Sequence record: CP033547.1 | Source of the DNA: a plasmid | Length of the DNA: 64,000 bases | Reading direction: 5' to 3' (one strand) | Shown: piece after piece, positions 45,448 to 56,427 of the stretch | Layout: each line of letters opens with the position of its first letter | Numbering within the stretch: position 1 is the first letter of the stretch | Position numbers and translations under genes: made by a program | The notes under the pieces: generated by a model | What the model saw: the letters and a program-made list of their open reading frames with translations, nothing else | Databases searched by the model: none | What the model was told of the DNA's origin: nothing

Positions 45448-46089
45448 ATGAGTTTTTTAGTACTAAAATTTAATGAGCTAACAAAAATAATTTACTTATT
45501 TGTAGGACTTACTGGTGTATTTATTGGATTAATACAATTTGTTAATTGGCTTGTTGCTGGAAGTCTAACTTTACTCCAATCTCTAACCCCTTCCATTACC
45601 GTATCACTTTTTATCTTAGGCTTACTTCTTAGAACAGTTACAATTAAGCATAAGTTTTTAAGTATTATTATTGGCAAGCCAATTATACATGGATTATGGA
45701 AAGGGAATTTGACGAGCAATTTTGAGGTAAATGGACAAAAAATTCCTCCAATTGAAATCTATTTCTTCATAAAGCAGACTTTCTTAATAACCACCATCAA
45801 ATCTTACACCTCACATCAGGCATCTGAATCAATCATTACAGCTTTGTCCCACAATAAAGACAGTGAAATTTCTGATTTTATCTATATTTATAAGTTTTAT
45901 CGGACAAAACATAGTGAAAATAAGGTGACTTTCGGTAGTGGAAATTTAAGACTAATCAACCAAGGACAAACTTTGGAAGGCTTCTATTGGACTACTGCAA
46001 ATACATGCGGTGAAATCGAGTTAAATTTGATAGAACGTAATTGTGAAAGCATAGACTCCTATCAACTAGCAAAGCAACATGATAAATAA
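45448..46089 (+). CDS. Two-TM membrane protein with a C-terminal soluble domain (predicted effector partner of the DAC-like gene)
   Basis: Two hydrophobic helices in the first ~65 aa. Starts 11 bp after the DAC-like gene. Confidence 0.45.
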   Translation: MSFLVLKFNELTKIIYLFVGLTGVFIGLIQFVNWLVAGSLTLLQSLTPSITVSLFILGLLLRTVTIKHKFLSIIIGKPIIHGLWKGNLTSNFEVNGQKIPPIEIYFFIKQTFLITTIKSYTSHQASESIITALSHNKDSEISDFIYIYKFYRTKHSENKVTFGSGNLRLINQGQTLEGFYWTTANTCGEIELNLIERNCESIDSYQLAKQHDK

Positions 46090-46372
46090 TAGACCTCTTG
46101 CGAAAGTAAAAAATGCCTCAATATAGATTTCATGAGATATGAGAAATTAAACCGTTTTTCAGATTCTGAATTTAAGCGCTTGGTTGGTGTACCTCGACCA
46201 GTTTTTACTGGAAGTGGTCGATGTTTTAGAAAAAGCAGAATCACTTAAAAAGAAATCAGGTCGTCCTCATACTTTAGCTATAGAGGATCAATTATTATTA
46301 ACGCTCAATTACTTACGCAACTACAACACTCAACTAGAATTGGCGGCATACTACCATATCGCTGAAAGTAAT
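46090..46372 (+). mobile_element. 5' remnant of an IS5-family element (DDE transposase N-terminal HTH), interrupted by the IS3-family insertion
   Basis: The GRPHTLAIEDQLLLTLNYLRNYNTQLELAAYYHIAESNVNRT motif is typical of IS5/IS427-group transposase N-termini. Confidence 0.5.
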
Positions 46373-47706
46373 GTGAACCGTACCGGGTTTGTCGGAGAGT
46401 CAATATTCTGAGAGACTACCCCCGATGACAAAATTAAAATACACCCCTGAAATCAGAGATAGAGCGGTTCAATTATTGATTGAATCTGAAAAAGATTATC
46501 CTTCTACTTGGGCTGCAATCACAGCAATTGCGCCTAAGATTGGTTGTACTCCTGAAACACTTCGTGCCTGGCATCAAAAGCATTTAGATCAGCAAAATCC
46601 AGTTAAAGTACAGCAGCTTTCAGACCAAGAACGTATCAAACAACTCGAACGCGAAAATAAAGAAATAAAGAACTGCAACGCACCAATGAGATTCTACGTA
46701 AAGCAGCCGCTTTTTTCGCCCAGGCGGAGCTCGACCGCCCACACAAATAATGGTGGATTTCATCCATAACAATAAAGATCGATATGGTGTTGATGCGATT
46801 TGTAGGATTTTACCGATCGCAGCTTCAACCTATTACCGAACTTTAGATCTCGCTGACAATCCAGAACATCGAGCGAAACGAGATCTACATGATGAGTATC
46901 ATGCTGAACAAATTCAACGAATTTGGAAAGAAAGTTCAGGTCGATATGGTGTGCGTAAGGTCTGGCAACAATTGAAACGTGAAGGTTATGTTATCGCACG
47001 TTGTACAGTTGCTCGATTGATGCAGAAGCTAGGTATACAAGGTGTCTGGCGTGGTAAGAATAAACAAACCACCCGTAGCCGAGATGATCAAAAACGAGCA
47101 GCTGACTTAGTGAAACGGAATTTTAGTGCAGATCAGCCCGACCACCTTACGAAACAGTGTTTCTCAGGTCACTGATTTTACGTATATTCAAACCCATTCA
47201 GGCTGGGTCTATACCGCCTTTATTATTGATGAGTTCTCACGAGCAATTGTTGGATGGAAAGTATCGACACGGATGAATACAGATATGGTGCTCGATGCAT
47301 TAGAGCAAGCATTACATGATCGAGGTATACCCAAGAATGTGATTCATCATTCCGACAGAGGTGTGCAATATCTTTCCATTCGTTATACCAATCGTTTAGA
47401 AGCAGCAAATTTACGAGCTTCCAGTCGGTACAACTGGTGATTCATACGATAATGCTTTGGCTGAAACGGTGAATGGCTTATACAAAACAGAGGTGATTGA
47501 ATATTTAAAAGCAGATTGGCGTGGTTTAGCAGATGTACAACTTGCGACATTAAACTGGGTAGATTGGTTCAATAAAGAGCGTGTACATAGTGCACTGGGT
47601 TATGTGTCACCTGTTGATTTTTGGAAGCAATGTACTATGATAAAATTAATCCGTTAGGTCAGGTAGCCTAACTTAAATAAAGTCTCCGACAAACCCGGTA
47701 CGGTTC
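46373..47706 (+). mobile_element. IS3-family IS (copy A, degenerate), about 1334 bp
   Basis: IRs TGAACCGTACCGGGTTTGTCGGAGAG. orfA 46425..46769. orfB broken over 46750..47657. Confidence 0.8.
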
Positions 47707-47767
47707 AGGTTGATTTATCCAATAGCCTGCAATTAGTTGAATATTCTTATCTAAATATAAAATTTTC

Positions 47768-48957
47768 CTTTGTACACGACAAAAAAAGATAACTCATTGA
47801 AATAATGGCATAATACTTGTTTTCTGACGACGAATATGATGACACATTTCAATGAGTTACATCTCATCTTAAACAAATATCTAAAGTGGAACAAGTCACA
47901 TGCAAAATGTTTTACACTGATTATGCTTGCATTAATTGTAAAACAGACATGTAATCTTTCTTCTGCATCTAAAGCCTTACCCATCAAGTGCTTACCACAA
48001 TCATTTTATCGACGTATACAACGCTTCTTTGCAGATCAGTATTTCGATTATCGTCAAATTTCTCAGTTAATTTTCAATATATTTTCATTCGATAAAGTCC
48101 AATTAACTTTGGATAGAACCAACTGGAAATGGGGAAAACGAGATATCAATATCTTGATGTTAGCCATCGTCTATCGTGGAATAGCGATACCTATTGTTTG
48201 GACATTGCTCAATAAACGTGGCAATTCAGATACAAAAGAGCGTATTGCTTTGATTCAACGCTTTATCTCCATTTTTGGTAAAGATCGTATTGTGAATGTG
48301 TTCGCAGACAGAGAATTTATCGGTGAGAAATGGTTTACATGGTTAATTGAAAATGACATTCACTTCTGTATACGTGTTAAAAAAAACTTTATTGTGACCA
48401 ATCACTTAGCCAAGAATCATAAAATTAGTGATTTATTTCGTCATCTTCAAGTTGGTCAAACAGAATGTCGTAAACGACGTATTTGGGTTGGTCGAGTGAA
48501 ACTGTATATTAGTGCGCTACGATTAGAAGATGGAGAACTTTTACTTGTTGTTTCTCCTATGTTTAATGCTTCTGCTATTCGTGATTATGCATTACGCTGG
48601 GAAATCGAAACCTTATTTAGTTGTCTCAAAGGACGTGGATTCAATCTTGAAAATACTCGTTTAACAGACCCTAGACGAGTTAAGAAATTGATAGCAGTGC
48701 TAGCTATCGGTTTCTGTTGGTGCTATTTAACAGGTGAATGGCAACATGATCGAAAAAAGCGATAAAAATAAAGAAGCATGGACGACTTTCAATAAGTTTA
48801 TTTCGCTACGGTTTGGACTATGTTCAAATGGTTATTCTACGTTTGATTGGTTTTGGAAAAAAAGAAGAATTTAAGAAAGTGCTCGCAATTTTAAGAAAGA
48901 AAAAGCCTGATAGAACAAGGGCCCTATGAAATTTGTCGTGTACAGAGAAAATTTTCA
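47768..48957 (+). mobile_element. ISAba1-like IS4-family element flanked by a 9-bp target duplication AAAATTTTC
   Basis: Ends CTTTGTACACGACA... / ...TTTGTCGTGTACAGAG. Identical 9-mers at 47759-47767 and 48958-48966. Confidence 0.7.
47836..48765 (+). CDS. IS4-family transposase (ISAba1-like), 309 aa
   Basis: DDE transposase within the IS. Confidence 0.7.
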   Translation: MMTHFNELHLILNKYLKWNKSHAKCFTLIMLALIVKQTCNLSSASKALPIKCLPQSFYRRIQRFFADQYFDYRQISQLIFNIFSFDKVQLTLDRTNWKWGKRDINILMLAIVYRGIAIPIVWTLLNKRGNSDTKERIALIQRFISIFGKDRIVNVFADREFIGEKWFTWLIENDIHFCIRVKKNFIVTNHLAKNHKISDLFRHLQVGQTECRKRRIWVGRVKLYISALRLEDGELLLVVSPMFNASAIRDYALRWEIETLFSCLKGRGFNLENTRLTDPRRVKKLIAVLAIGFCWCYLTGEWQHDRKKR

Positions 48958-50154
48958 CTGAGCAGCACTTAAATAATCTCCCCACCACTGCATCATTTCA
49001 GTTCGTTGAATTAAATAATCCGCATGATTATAGCTAGCACGTGTACGATTCTTATCAATATGCGAAAGTTGAGCCTCAATCCAATTATCTTGGAACAATC
49101 CTGAGTCATTCAAAATAGTACTGAAGGTAGAACGTAATCCATGGGAGGAAAGTTGATGTTTTCCATACCCCATCTTACGTATAGCCATATTTAATGTATT
49201 AAAATGAATCGGGTGATCCTGCTTTCGCGGACTAGCAAAAATGAATTTTTCACCCAATGACCATTGCATCGCATCTTTTAAGATCTCTAACGCCTGATCT
49301 GAAAGTGGAACTAAAAAATCTGGAATTTCATGTCCTAGGATAACTTTACGTCGAAACTGTTTAATATGTAAGGCTGGAATTCTCCAAATTTTATCTTTTA
49401 TATCAAAATGATGAGGTTCAGCCATTAACAACTCTGCCCCTCGCACGCCAGTATATAATTTAAACATGAGTGCTTTTTTTAATAATGGGATGTGCATCCA
49501 ACTTTTTTAATTTATGCATAAAATCTGAGATGTCTTCAGCTTTTAAATAAGGATAGTTCTTCTTGATTTTATTGTTAACAGCAATTTTATTTAAACCATG
49601 CGCGATATTATATTCACAATAGCCCATTGCTACAGCATAGTCAAAAATTTGGTTCAAATAACTACAAGCTTTTTGACAGGTTCTTTAACTTGACGTGACT
49701 CTATTTTTCTAATTATTGAAACTAGGTCATAGCGCTTAATATCTTGAAAAGGGATATCCTGAAGAACTGGATAAATATCATGCTGTAAACATTTTTCTGC
49801 TAACTGGAGAACACCACAGCGTGGTAAATCATTGAATGCATTTTTAAGTTTGAACTGTAGCCACTCCTCTGCTACCTGATGAAAAGTAATTAAATTAGAA
49901 ACAGTTTCATTTTCAAAACAGAAATTATTATCTCTAAAATCATCCCTGACTTGTCGTGCCTTTTTCAGGGATAAATCAGGATAAAGCCCTAACTGAATTC
50001 GGCGGCGTTTCTTGGTTTTTGGATCTGTATATCGATAACTCCAAGACTTCCTTCCATTTGGTTCAATTTTTAGACTAAGTCCATCTTCATCCGATAAAAA
50101 ACAAGTTTTTTCCTTGCAATGAGCTTGGCGAACTTTAATTTCAGTAAGACTCAT
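48955..50154 (-). CDS. int: Tyrosine integrase (P4-like), split into 3 ORFs by frameshifts
   Basis: C-terminal catalytic domain (HGLRSTF...RASYNHADY) and an N-terminal arm-binding/SAM-like region. Confidence 0.7.
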
Positions 50155-50548
50155 GAGATTTGAATGAAACCTATCAATGGACTGATCAAATTAATTATAC
50201 CAAAATAGAAGGACTTTCATATGATGCGTAGACTACGCATCATATATATTCTGTAATATATTGTTTTATATATTTAATATTTTAAGTATTTGTATTTTAG
50301 TAACCATTATAAGTACCACCTCTTCTTTAAGTTCCCAACAACTCACTTTTTCTGTCATCAATGTTAAATAAGTCTTGTGCTTTAAATTCTTAGATGACCT
50401 CCTCTACCCTTTATTATCATTTTTATAAAAGTAACTATATGTACTCATTAAAATTTGTAGAGCTCAAAAACAAAAAAGACCGCTATATAGCAGTCTTTTA
50501 ACTTAATTAAATAATAATTAATTCATTTTCATCATAAGTGCATAAGCA

Positions 50549-50803
50549 TCACGTTTGTTTTGACGCAATGATTCTATCTCGGACTTCGTCAGCTGTTTTA
50601 CGAGAGTTGAGGATATACTTTGCTTCCCACTCTGTGAGCCTTTCGAAATCGTACCCGTAAATCGATTTCCACCATGCTTCAAGATTACCATATACATCCC
50701 TCAATTGCTGAAGAGTTTCTTTACTTAGAGCTAATTGTGATGAGTATTGTTTACCCGTCAGTGCATATGCTCCAATAACTTTATTCGTCCCAGTTGTTTC
50801 CAA
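50549..50803 (-). CDS. Hypothetical protein (84 aa)
   Basis: ORF only. Confidence 0.25.
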   Translation of the reverse strand: METTGTNKVIGAYALTGKQYSSQLALSKETLQQLRDVYGNLEAWWKSIYGYDFERLTEWEAKYILNSRKTADEVRDRIIASKQT

Positions 50804-51093
50804 TATGACCTTTTAATGATGGCTAGCATTAAATTTTACACTAAATTTACCGCTAGCATCTCTTGGATATTATTTTTCGTATCAGGCAGCACTCTCAAAA
50901 GCCGTTTGTTTGGACAGTCCCCATGATCATACACGAGGCAGCTTCAAATACTTATGGGCCCATCCTATCCAGTTGTATCTTCTTGCATCACATGAATATT
51001 GTATACTCATTTTGACTACTTGAAAATTATGGAACAACGTCAATAAAAACAATAACTCTAGAGTCTTTAGTCGACATTCCTAAAAAGTGAACC

Positions 51094-52394
51094 GTACCGG
51101 GTTTGTCGGAGAGTCAATATTCTGAGAGACTATCCCGATGACAAAATTAAAATATACCCCTGAAATCAGAGAAAGAGCGGTTCAATTATTGATTGAATCT
51201 GAAAAAGATTATCCTTCTACTTGGGCTGCAATCACAGCAATTGCGCCTAAGATTGGTTGTACTCCTGAAACACTTCGTGCCTGGCATCAAAAGCATTTAG
51301 ATCAGCAAAATCCTATTAAAGTACAACAGATATCTGATCAAGAAAAAATGAAGCAAATGGAACGTGAAATTAAAGAATTAAAGCGTGCCAATGAAATTCT
51401 ACGTAAAGCAGCCGCTTTTTTCGCCCAGGCGGAGCTCGACCGCCCACACAAATAATGGTGGATTTCATCCATAACAATAAAGACTTATATGGTGTTGATG
51501 CGATTTGTAGGATTTTACCGATCGCAGCTTCAACCTATTACCGGACTCTAGATCTCTGCGAAAATCCAGAACATCGAGCAAAGCGAGATTTACATGACTT
51601 GCATCATGCTGAGGAGATTAAACGAATTTGGAAGGAAAGTTCAGGTCGGTATGGTGTACGTAAAGTCTGGCAAAAACTGAAACGTGAAGGCTATATTATT
51701 GCACGCTGTACTGTTGCTCGATTAATGAAAAAGCTAGGTATACAAGGTATTTGGCGAGGTAAGAACAAACAAACCACCCGTAGTCGAGATGACCAAAAAC
51801 GAGCACCTGACTTGGTGAAACGGAATTTTAGAGCTGATCAGCCTAATCACTTGTGGGTTGCTGACTTTACCTATATTCAAACAAATTCAGGCTGGGTCTA
51901 TACCGCCTTTATTATTGATGTGTTCTCACGAGCAATTGTTGGATGGAAAGTATCTACACGGATGAATACAGATATGGTACTCGATGCACTTGAGCAAGCA
52001 TTGCACGATCGAGGCATGCCAAAGAATGTGATTCATCATTCCGATAGAGGTGTTCAATATCTTTCTATTCGCTATACCAATCGTTTAGAAGCTGCAAATT
52101 TACGAGCATCAGTCGGTACAACTGGTGATTCATACGATAATGCTCTGGCTGAAACGGTGAATGGCTTATACAAAACAGAGGTGATTGAATATCTAAAAGC
52201 AGATTGGCAAGGTTTAGCGGATGTACAACTTGCGACACTAAACTGGGTAGATTGGTTCAATAAAAGCGTGTACACAGTGCACTGGGTTATGTATCGCCTT
52301 TTTGAGTTTGAAGCAATGTACTATGATAAGATTAACCCGTTAGGTCAGGTGGCCTAACTTAAATAAAAAGTCTCCGACAAACCCGGTACGGTTC
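51094..52394 (+). mobile_element. IS3-family IS (copy B), about 1301 bp
   Basis: Same IRs as copy A. orfA 51138..51455. orfB 51455..52357 has a frameshifted C-terminus. Confidence 0.85.
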
Positions 52395-52618
52395 AAAGGT
52401 AAATTCAACATTTCTTTCCATATCATTTCTTTGTGTCTCTGGATGAACAAAAGAAACATAGCTTATTTCAAAGAATCGGGCTAGGGTTTTTATGCCAATG
52501 ATTTTGTTCTCTTCATTAGCAATTAAAACATCTAATTCCAGATCAAACTCTTCTAATTATTTAATTAAATCTTTAACTTTCATTTTACTATCAACCTCTA
52601 TGAATTATTTAAAAATTA

Positions 52619-52888
52619 TCACAATGAAACTTGTGAAAAAAAATGGATTTGAACAAAATTTTTTAGCAAAAAAAGCATAGCAACCAGAAAAATCTTTCCA
52701 GCAATCAACAAAAATATCCCCGTGTGCTTCCAGTTTACAACATTTTGACTACCACACTGCCCACAGTAGTAATAATAGCCTTTGATACGGCCACCGCATT
52801 CAGGACAATTTTTATGATTAATGAATAAGTTACTCAACGTCTCTTCTCCAAAATTCTTATTATCAAGTTGTAAGTGAAGATAGCACAC
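52619..52888 (-). CDS. Zinc-ribbon membrane protein (CPECGG...CGQCG)
   Basis: Paired CxxC motifs, then a hydrophobic helix. Confidence 0.3.
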   Translation of the reverse strand: MCYLHLQLDNKNFGEETLSNLFINHKNCPECGGRIKGYYYYCGQCGSQNVVNWKHTGIFLLIAGKIFLVAMLFLLKNFVQIHFFSQVSL

Positions 52889-53102
52889 ATTTATAAAAAT
52901 GTCTTTTTTTAAAACATCAAAAGATGTTATAAAAAGACATTCGCTACTTTAGGATAACTTTTAAGATGAATTTAAACCTCCTTGATGAAGAATCAATCCA
53001 ACCTTCTGAACCCACGCCATGTGATTTTTTCAAAGGTGAAAATGCTATCAAAAAGCTAAACAGTTAGGATTACCTGATCTCGAGTTAGTCAGAAACGCAA
53101 TT

Positions 53103-53675
53103 ATGATCGGTGATGCTGACTATAGAACAAATACTCACTATAACCGTGCACGCTTTATTGCACGATGGGGAAAAATTGGAGAACAGATTGCTTTACTGCT
53201 TCGACAATCTGATCCTGCTTGGATATTCCACAATGACAGCCAGCCAAGAATTGAGAATACAGTAAAGAAAATACAAATTATCTTTATGAGCGGGAATATT
53301 GCATTGGGGTTAGCTGATCAAGTTGTATCAGCACACTGTGAAAAAGGATTAATGACATTAAATAATATTAAGGAGAATCAGTCTGCTTATGATGATGAGA
53401 CAAAATTGAGAACATGGATTTTATACTTTCCTTCAGCATCACATCCAGCCTATAAAGACATTGATATCCCAAATATTCCTTTTGAATTTGCATACCCAAC
53501 TAGCTTCGTACAGGACTTAAAAGCGAAAAAAATTTCAATTTTACCAAGTGACCATACTTGCAGAATTGCATTTGAAATAGATAATACAGTTCCTGTAAAA
53601 ACTGATCCTAAGCCAGTATTGGAACCATCTAATGAAATTAAACCAGATGATTTTGATATTCAGCTTGTAGTTTAA
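53103..53675 (+). CDS. Hypothetical protein (190 aa)
   Basis: ORF only. Confidence 0.3.
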   Translation: MIGDADYRTNTHYNRARFIARWGKIGEQIALLLRQSDPAWIFHNDSQPRIENTVKKIQIIFMSGNIALGLADQVVSAHCEKGLMTLNNIKENQSAYDDETKLRTWILYFPSASHPAYKDIDIPNIPFEFAYPTSFVQDLKAKKISILPSDHTCRIAFEIDNTVPVKTDPKPVLEPSNEIKPDDFDIQLVV

Positions 53676-53687
53676 TCTGAGGTTAAT

Positions 53688-54793
53688 GTGTTTAATAAAG
53701 ATCGTTTACGTATTGCTAAAGAATTACGAGGACTTAGCAATACCGATTTCGCAGAAAAATTGAGTTGCTCTATCTCTAAGGTAAAGCAACTTTTAGACGT
53801 GGATAAAGAAATCAATGAAAATGATCAAGATGATATATGCCGTGTATTAAATTTACCCAAGTCATTCTTTGCAGGTAATGACACACAACCACATGAAACA
53901 GACCAAATCTTCTATAGATCGGTTGCTCGTATTAAAGCACAGCATAGAAAAGCTAATGAGGCATATACTCTTTTAGCAATAAATATTAACAAGTACTTAA
54001 ATCAGAAAGTAAAGTTACCTACTTTTCACCGTCCTGATTTAGATATTACTGAGTTTTTGGGTGAATCTAAGTATGCCGATCACCTAGCGTCAGAGTTGAG
54101 AGGTTTATGGGCTTTAGGTAATCAACCTATTAATAACATTGTTTCGTTGTGTGAGCTAAAGGGAATCCGTGTCTTTAGATTACCGACTGAAATTCGAGAA
54201 ATTGATGCACTATCTTTTTTTGATGATGAAAGTGGTAGCCCTTTCATATTTCTAAATACATTTAAGTCTGCCGAAAGAGCCCGCTTCGATTGTGCACACG
54301 AACTTGGTCATATCGTTATGCATACGCATAACAAAAATTCGTGTCGAGAAAGATAATCGTGTTCTCGAAACTGGAAGCAGATCAATTTTCATCTGAATTT
54401 TTAATGCCAACAGATGCATTTCTTTCTACTGCTCCACGCTATTTTTCACTAGAAAATATGATTGAATATAAAAAGATTTGGCGAACATCCCTGAAGACTA
54501 TTAACTATAAAGCTCACAAGCTTGGATTAGTTAGCGATTGGGTTAATCGTAGTAACTCTATAAAGATCAATTCATTGGGTTACAATATTAATGAACCTGA
54601 AGAAACTCATCGAGATGAGAGTTTGATGTTGCCTAAAATTATCTCTGTTTTAGCCTCACAACCATCATTTGATAAAAATCAAATGCTTGATGAAATTGGA
54701 ATCGCTGAAGAAGATTTTAATCAATTAACATTTGATGCCTTAACTAAAGTTGAGCCTCCTAAGAAAAAACATAAGTTATATATTGTCGAGTAA
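53688..54793 (+). CDS. XRE-family HTH fused to an ImmA/IrrE (M78) metallopeptidase, frameshifted near 54350
   Basis: HTH LRIAKELRGLSNTDFAEKL. HEXXH motif HELGHIVMH, then EADQFSSEFLMP in the next frame. Confidence 0.65.
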
Positions 54794-55032
54794 TACAAAC
54801 CTTCCTTAAAAATAATGCGCCTCACGGCGCACTATTTATGCAAAATCCTGAATAAATTTTTATGACTTCACGCCCAACGTAGTTTTGCATCCCATAAGTC
54901 ATACTGAAAATGTAACTTGCCCCATCATGACTTTTTTCATATAGCCTACTTGAACTGACACCATAAATCCCATGTGTTCCATGAAGCATCGTATACAATT
55001 TCAGATAAATTCTTTAGTTATGTGATCATACA

Positions 55033-55674
55033 ATGTGCTCAAATTACCTATTTCCAAGTAAAAGAAATTTGACACTTTTAGGTGTCGATACCAGCCTGTT
55101 CAATCTTGAGCTTAAGGACCATGTGTTCCCTTCTTACCATGCCCCGATCATTTTAAATGGCTCTGAACATTTGGAACTTGATATAGCAAAGTTTGGCTTG
55201 CTCCCGAGCTGGGCAAAAGAGTTGAAATTCAGTAGTCATACCTATAACGCTCGTACCGAGTCTGTAGCAGATAAGCCCAGTTTTCGACATGCTTGGAAGT
55301 ACAGCAAGTTTTGCCTTGTGCCTGTACAGGAGTTCTATGAACCCAAATACATCAATGGCAAACCACACTGGTACACCATCAAGCGTAAAGATGAACAGCC
55401 TTTTACAGTTGCTGGTATCTATGACGATGCTGTGATTAATGGCAATAAGGTACGTTCATTTTCAATGCTCACCATCAATTCTGATCATCACCCATTCATG
55501 AAGCAGTTCCATGCACCGAAGGATGAGAAGCGATCCATCATCGTGATTCCAGAGCAGTACAGAAAAGACTGGCTAACAGCCGATCATGAACATGCGCATG
55601 AATATTTCTTTCAAATGCCCGATGAATTCGTCACATTTCCACGCGATGAGCAGAAACAAAACGTCTTATTCTGA
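55033..55674 (+). CDS. SOS-response-associated peptidase (SRAP/YedK family)
   Basis: N-terminal MCSNY catalytic Cys2. 213 aa. Confidence 0.7.
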   Translation: MCSNYLFPSKRNLTLLGVDTSLFNLELKDHVFPSYHAPIILNGSEHLELDIAKFGLLPSWAKELKFSSHTYNARTESVADKPSFRHAWKYSKFCLVPVQEFYEPKYINGKPHWYTIKRKDEQPFTVAGIYDDAVINGNKVRSFSMLTINSDHHPFMKQFHAPKDEKRSIIVIPEQYRKDWLTADHEHAHEYFFQMPDEFVTFPRDEQKQNVLF

Positions 55675-55786
55675 CGCATCCTTGTTTATCCACAACTTTT
55701 TTAAATTTGAATTTTAAACGCTGTTAGTAATATCCTATTTAAACAAATTCTACTTCCAAACACGCCTCGTAGCGTAGGAGTATCTC

Positions 55787-56413
55787 ATGTCTAAGAAGTT
55801 GCCTATTTACTTCTCTGACGACGCATGGTCATCTTTACAAGAGCTCATGGGTCCAGAGGGTAAACCAAGTCCTACCATCAACACCGTGCTTGAACAAATC
55901 GCTGTTCAAAATGAGCTTGTTGAAAAATTAGGGCTTACTGCTGTCCTACCCAAATCCAAAGTATCTATTCCCGTCTCTTTAGAGCGTATTTCTGCAGGTC
56001 CGGCCTTCAGCACCAAGGATGAGCAAGACAAAGCACTCGATCTGAATGAGTTCCTGATTCACAACCCTATTTCTACTTTTATTGCCTATGTAGACAGTGA
56101 ATCCATGCTCGATGCTGGCCTAGAGATTAATGATCCAATCATTATTGATCGCAGTATTGAAGCCAAGCATTACGATATCGTGGTTGCCCTGATTGATGAC
56201 AATGCCTCGACCATTAAGCGGCTGATGATCACCAATAAGATGTCCAAGTCTGAAATCAAAGAAATATTTGGAGATGAAGATTATCCGCTTCCAGAACTTT
56301 GGTTGAAGGCTGAAAATTCGAATTACAATCACATCATTCCTGATGATAGTCAGACCATATCAATCTGGGGTGTGGTGACTTTTAATTTAAAGCGTATTTA
56401 TCACCGCTCATAA
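55787..56413 (+). CDS. umuD: UmuD-like protein (third copy, divergent, long N-terminal extension)
   Basis: SESMLDAGLEINDPIIIDRSIEAKHYDIVVALID...KRLM. Confidence 0.7.
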   Translation: MSKKLPIYFSDDAWSSLQELMGPEGKPSPTINTVLEQIAVQNELVEKLGLTAVLPKSKVSIPVSLERISAGPAFSTKDEQDKALDLNEFLIHNPISTFIAYVDSESMLDAGLEINDPIIIDRSIEAKHYDIVVALIDDNASTIKRLMITNKMSKSEIKEIFGDEDYPLPELWLKAENSNYNHIIPDDSQTISIWGVVTFNLKRIYHRS

Positions 56414-56427
56414 AAAGAAGAATAACC

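Noticed and set aside
50155-50548. tRNA adjacent to the P4-like integrase
   Set aside because: No cloverleaf-forming tRNA-like sequence found. Only a palindrome and AT-rich DNA.
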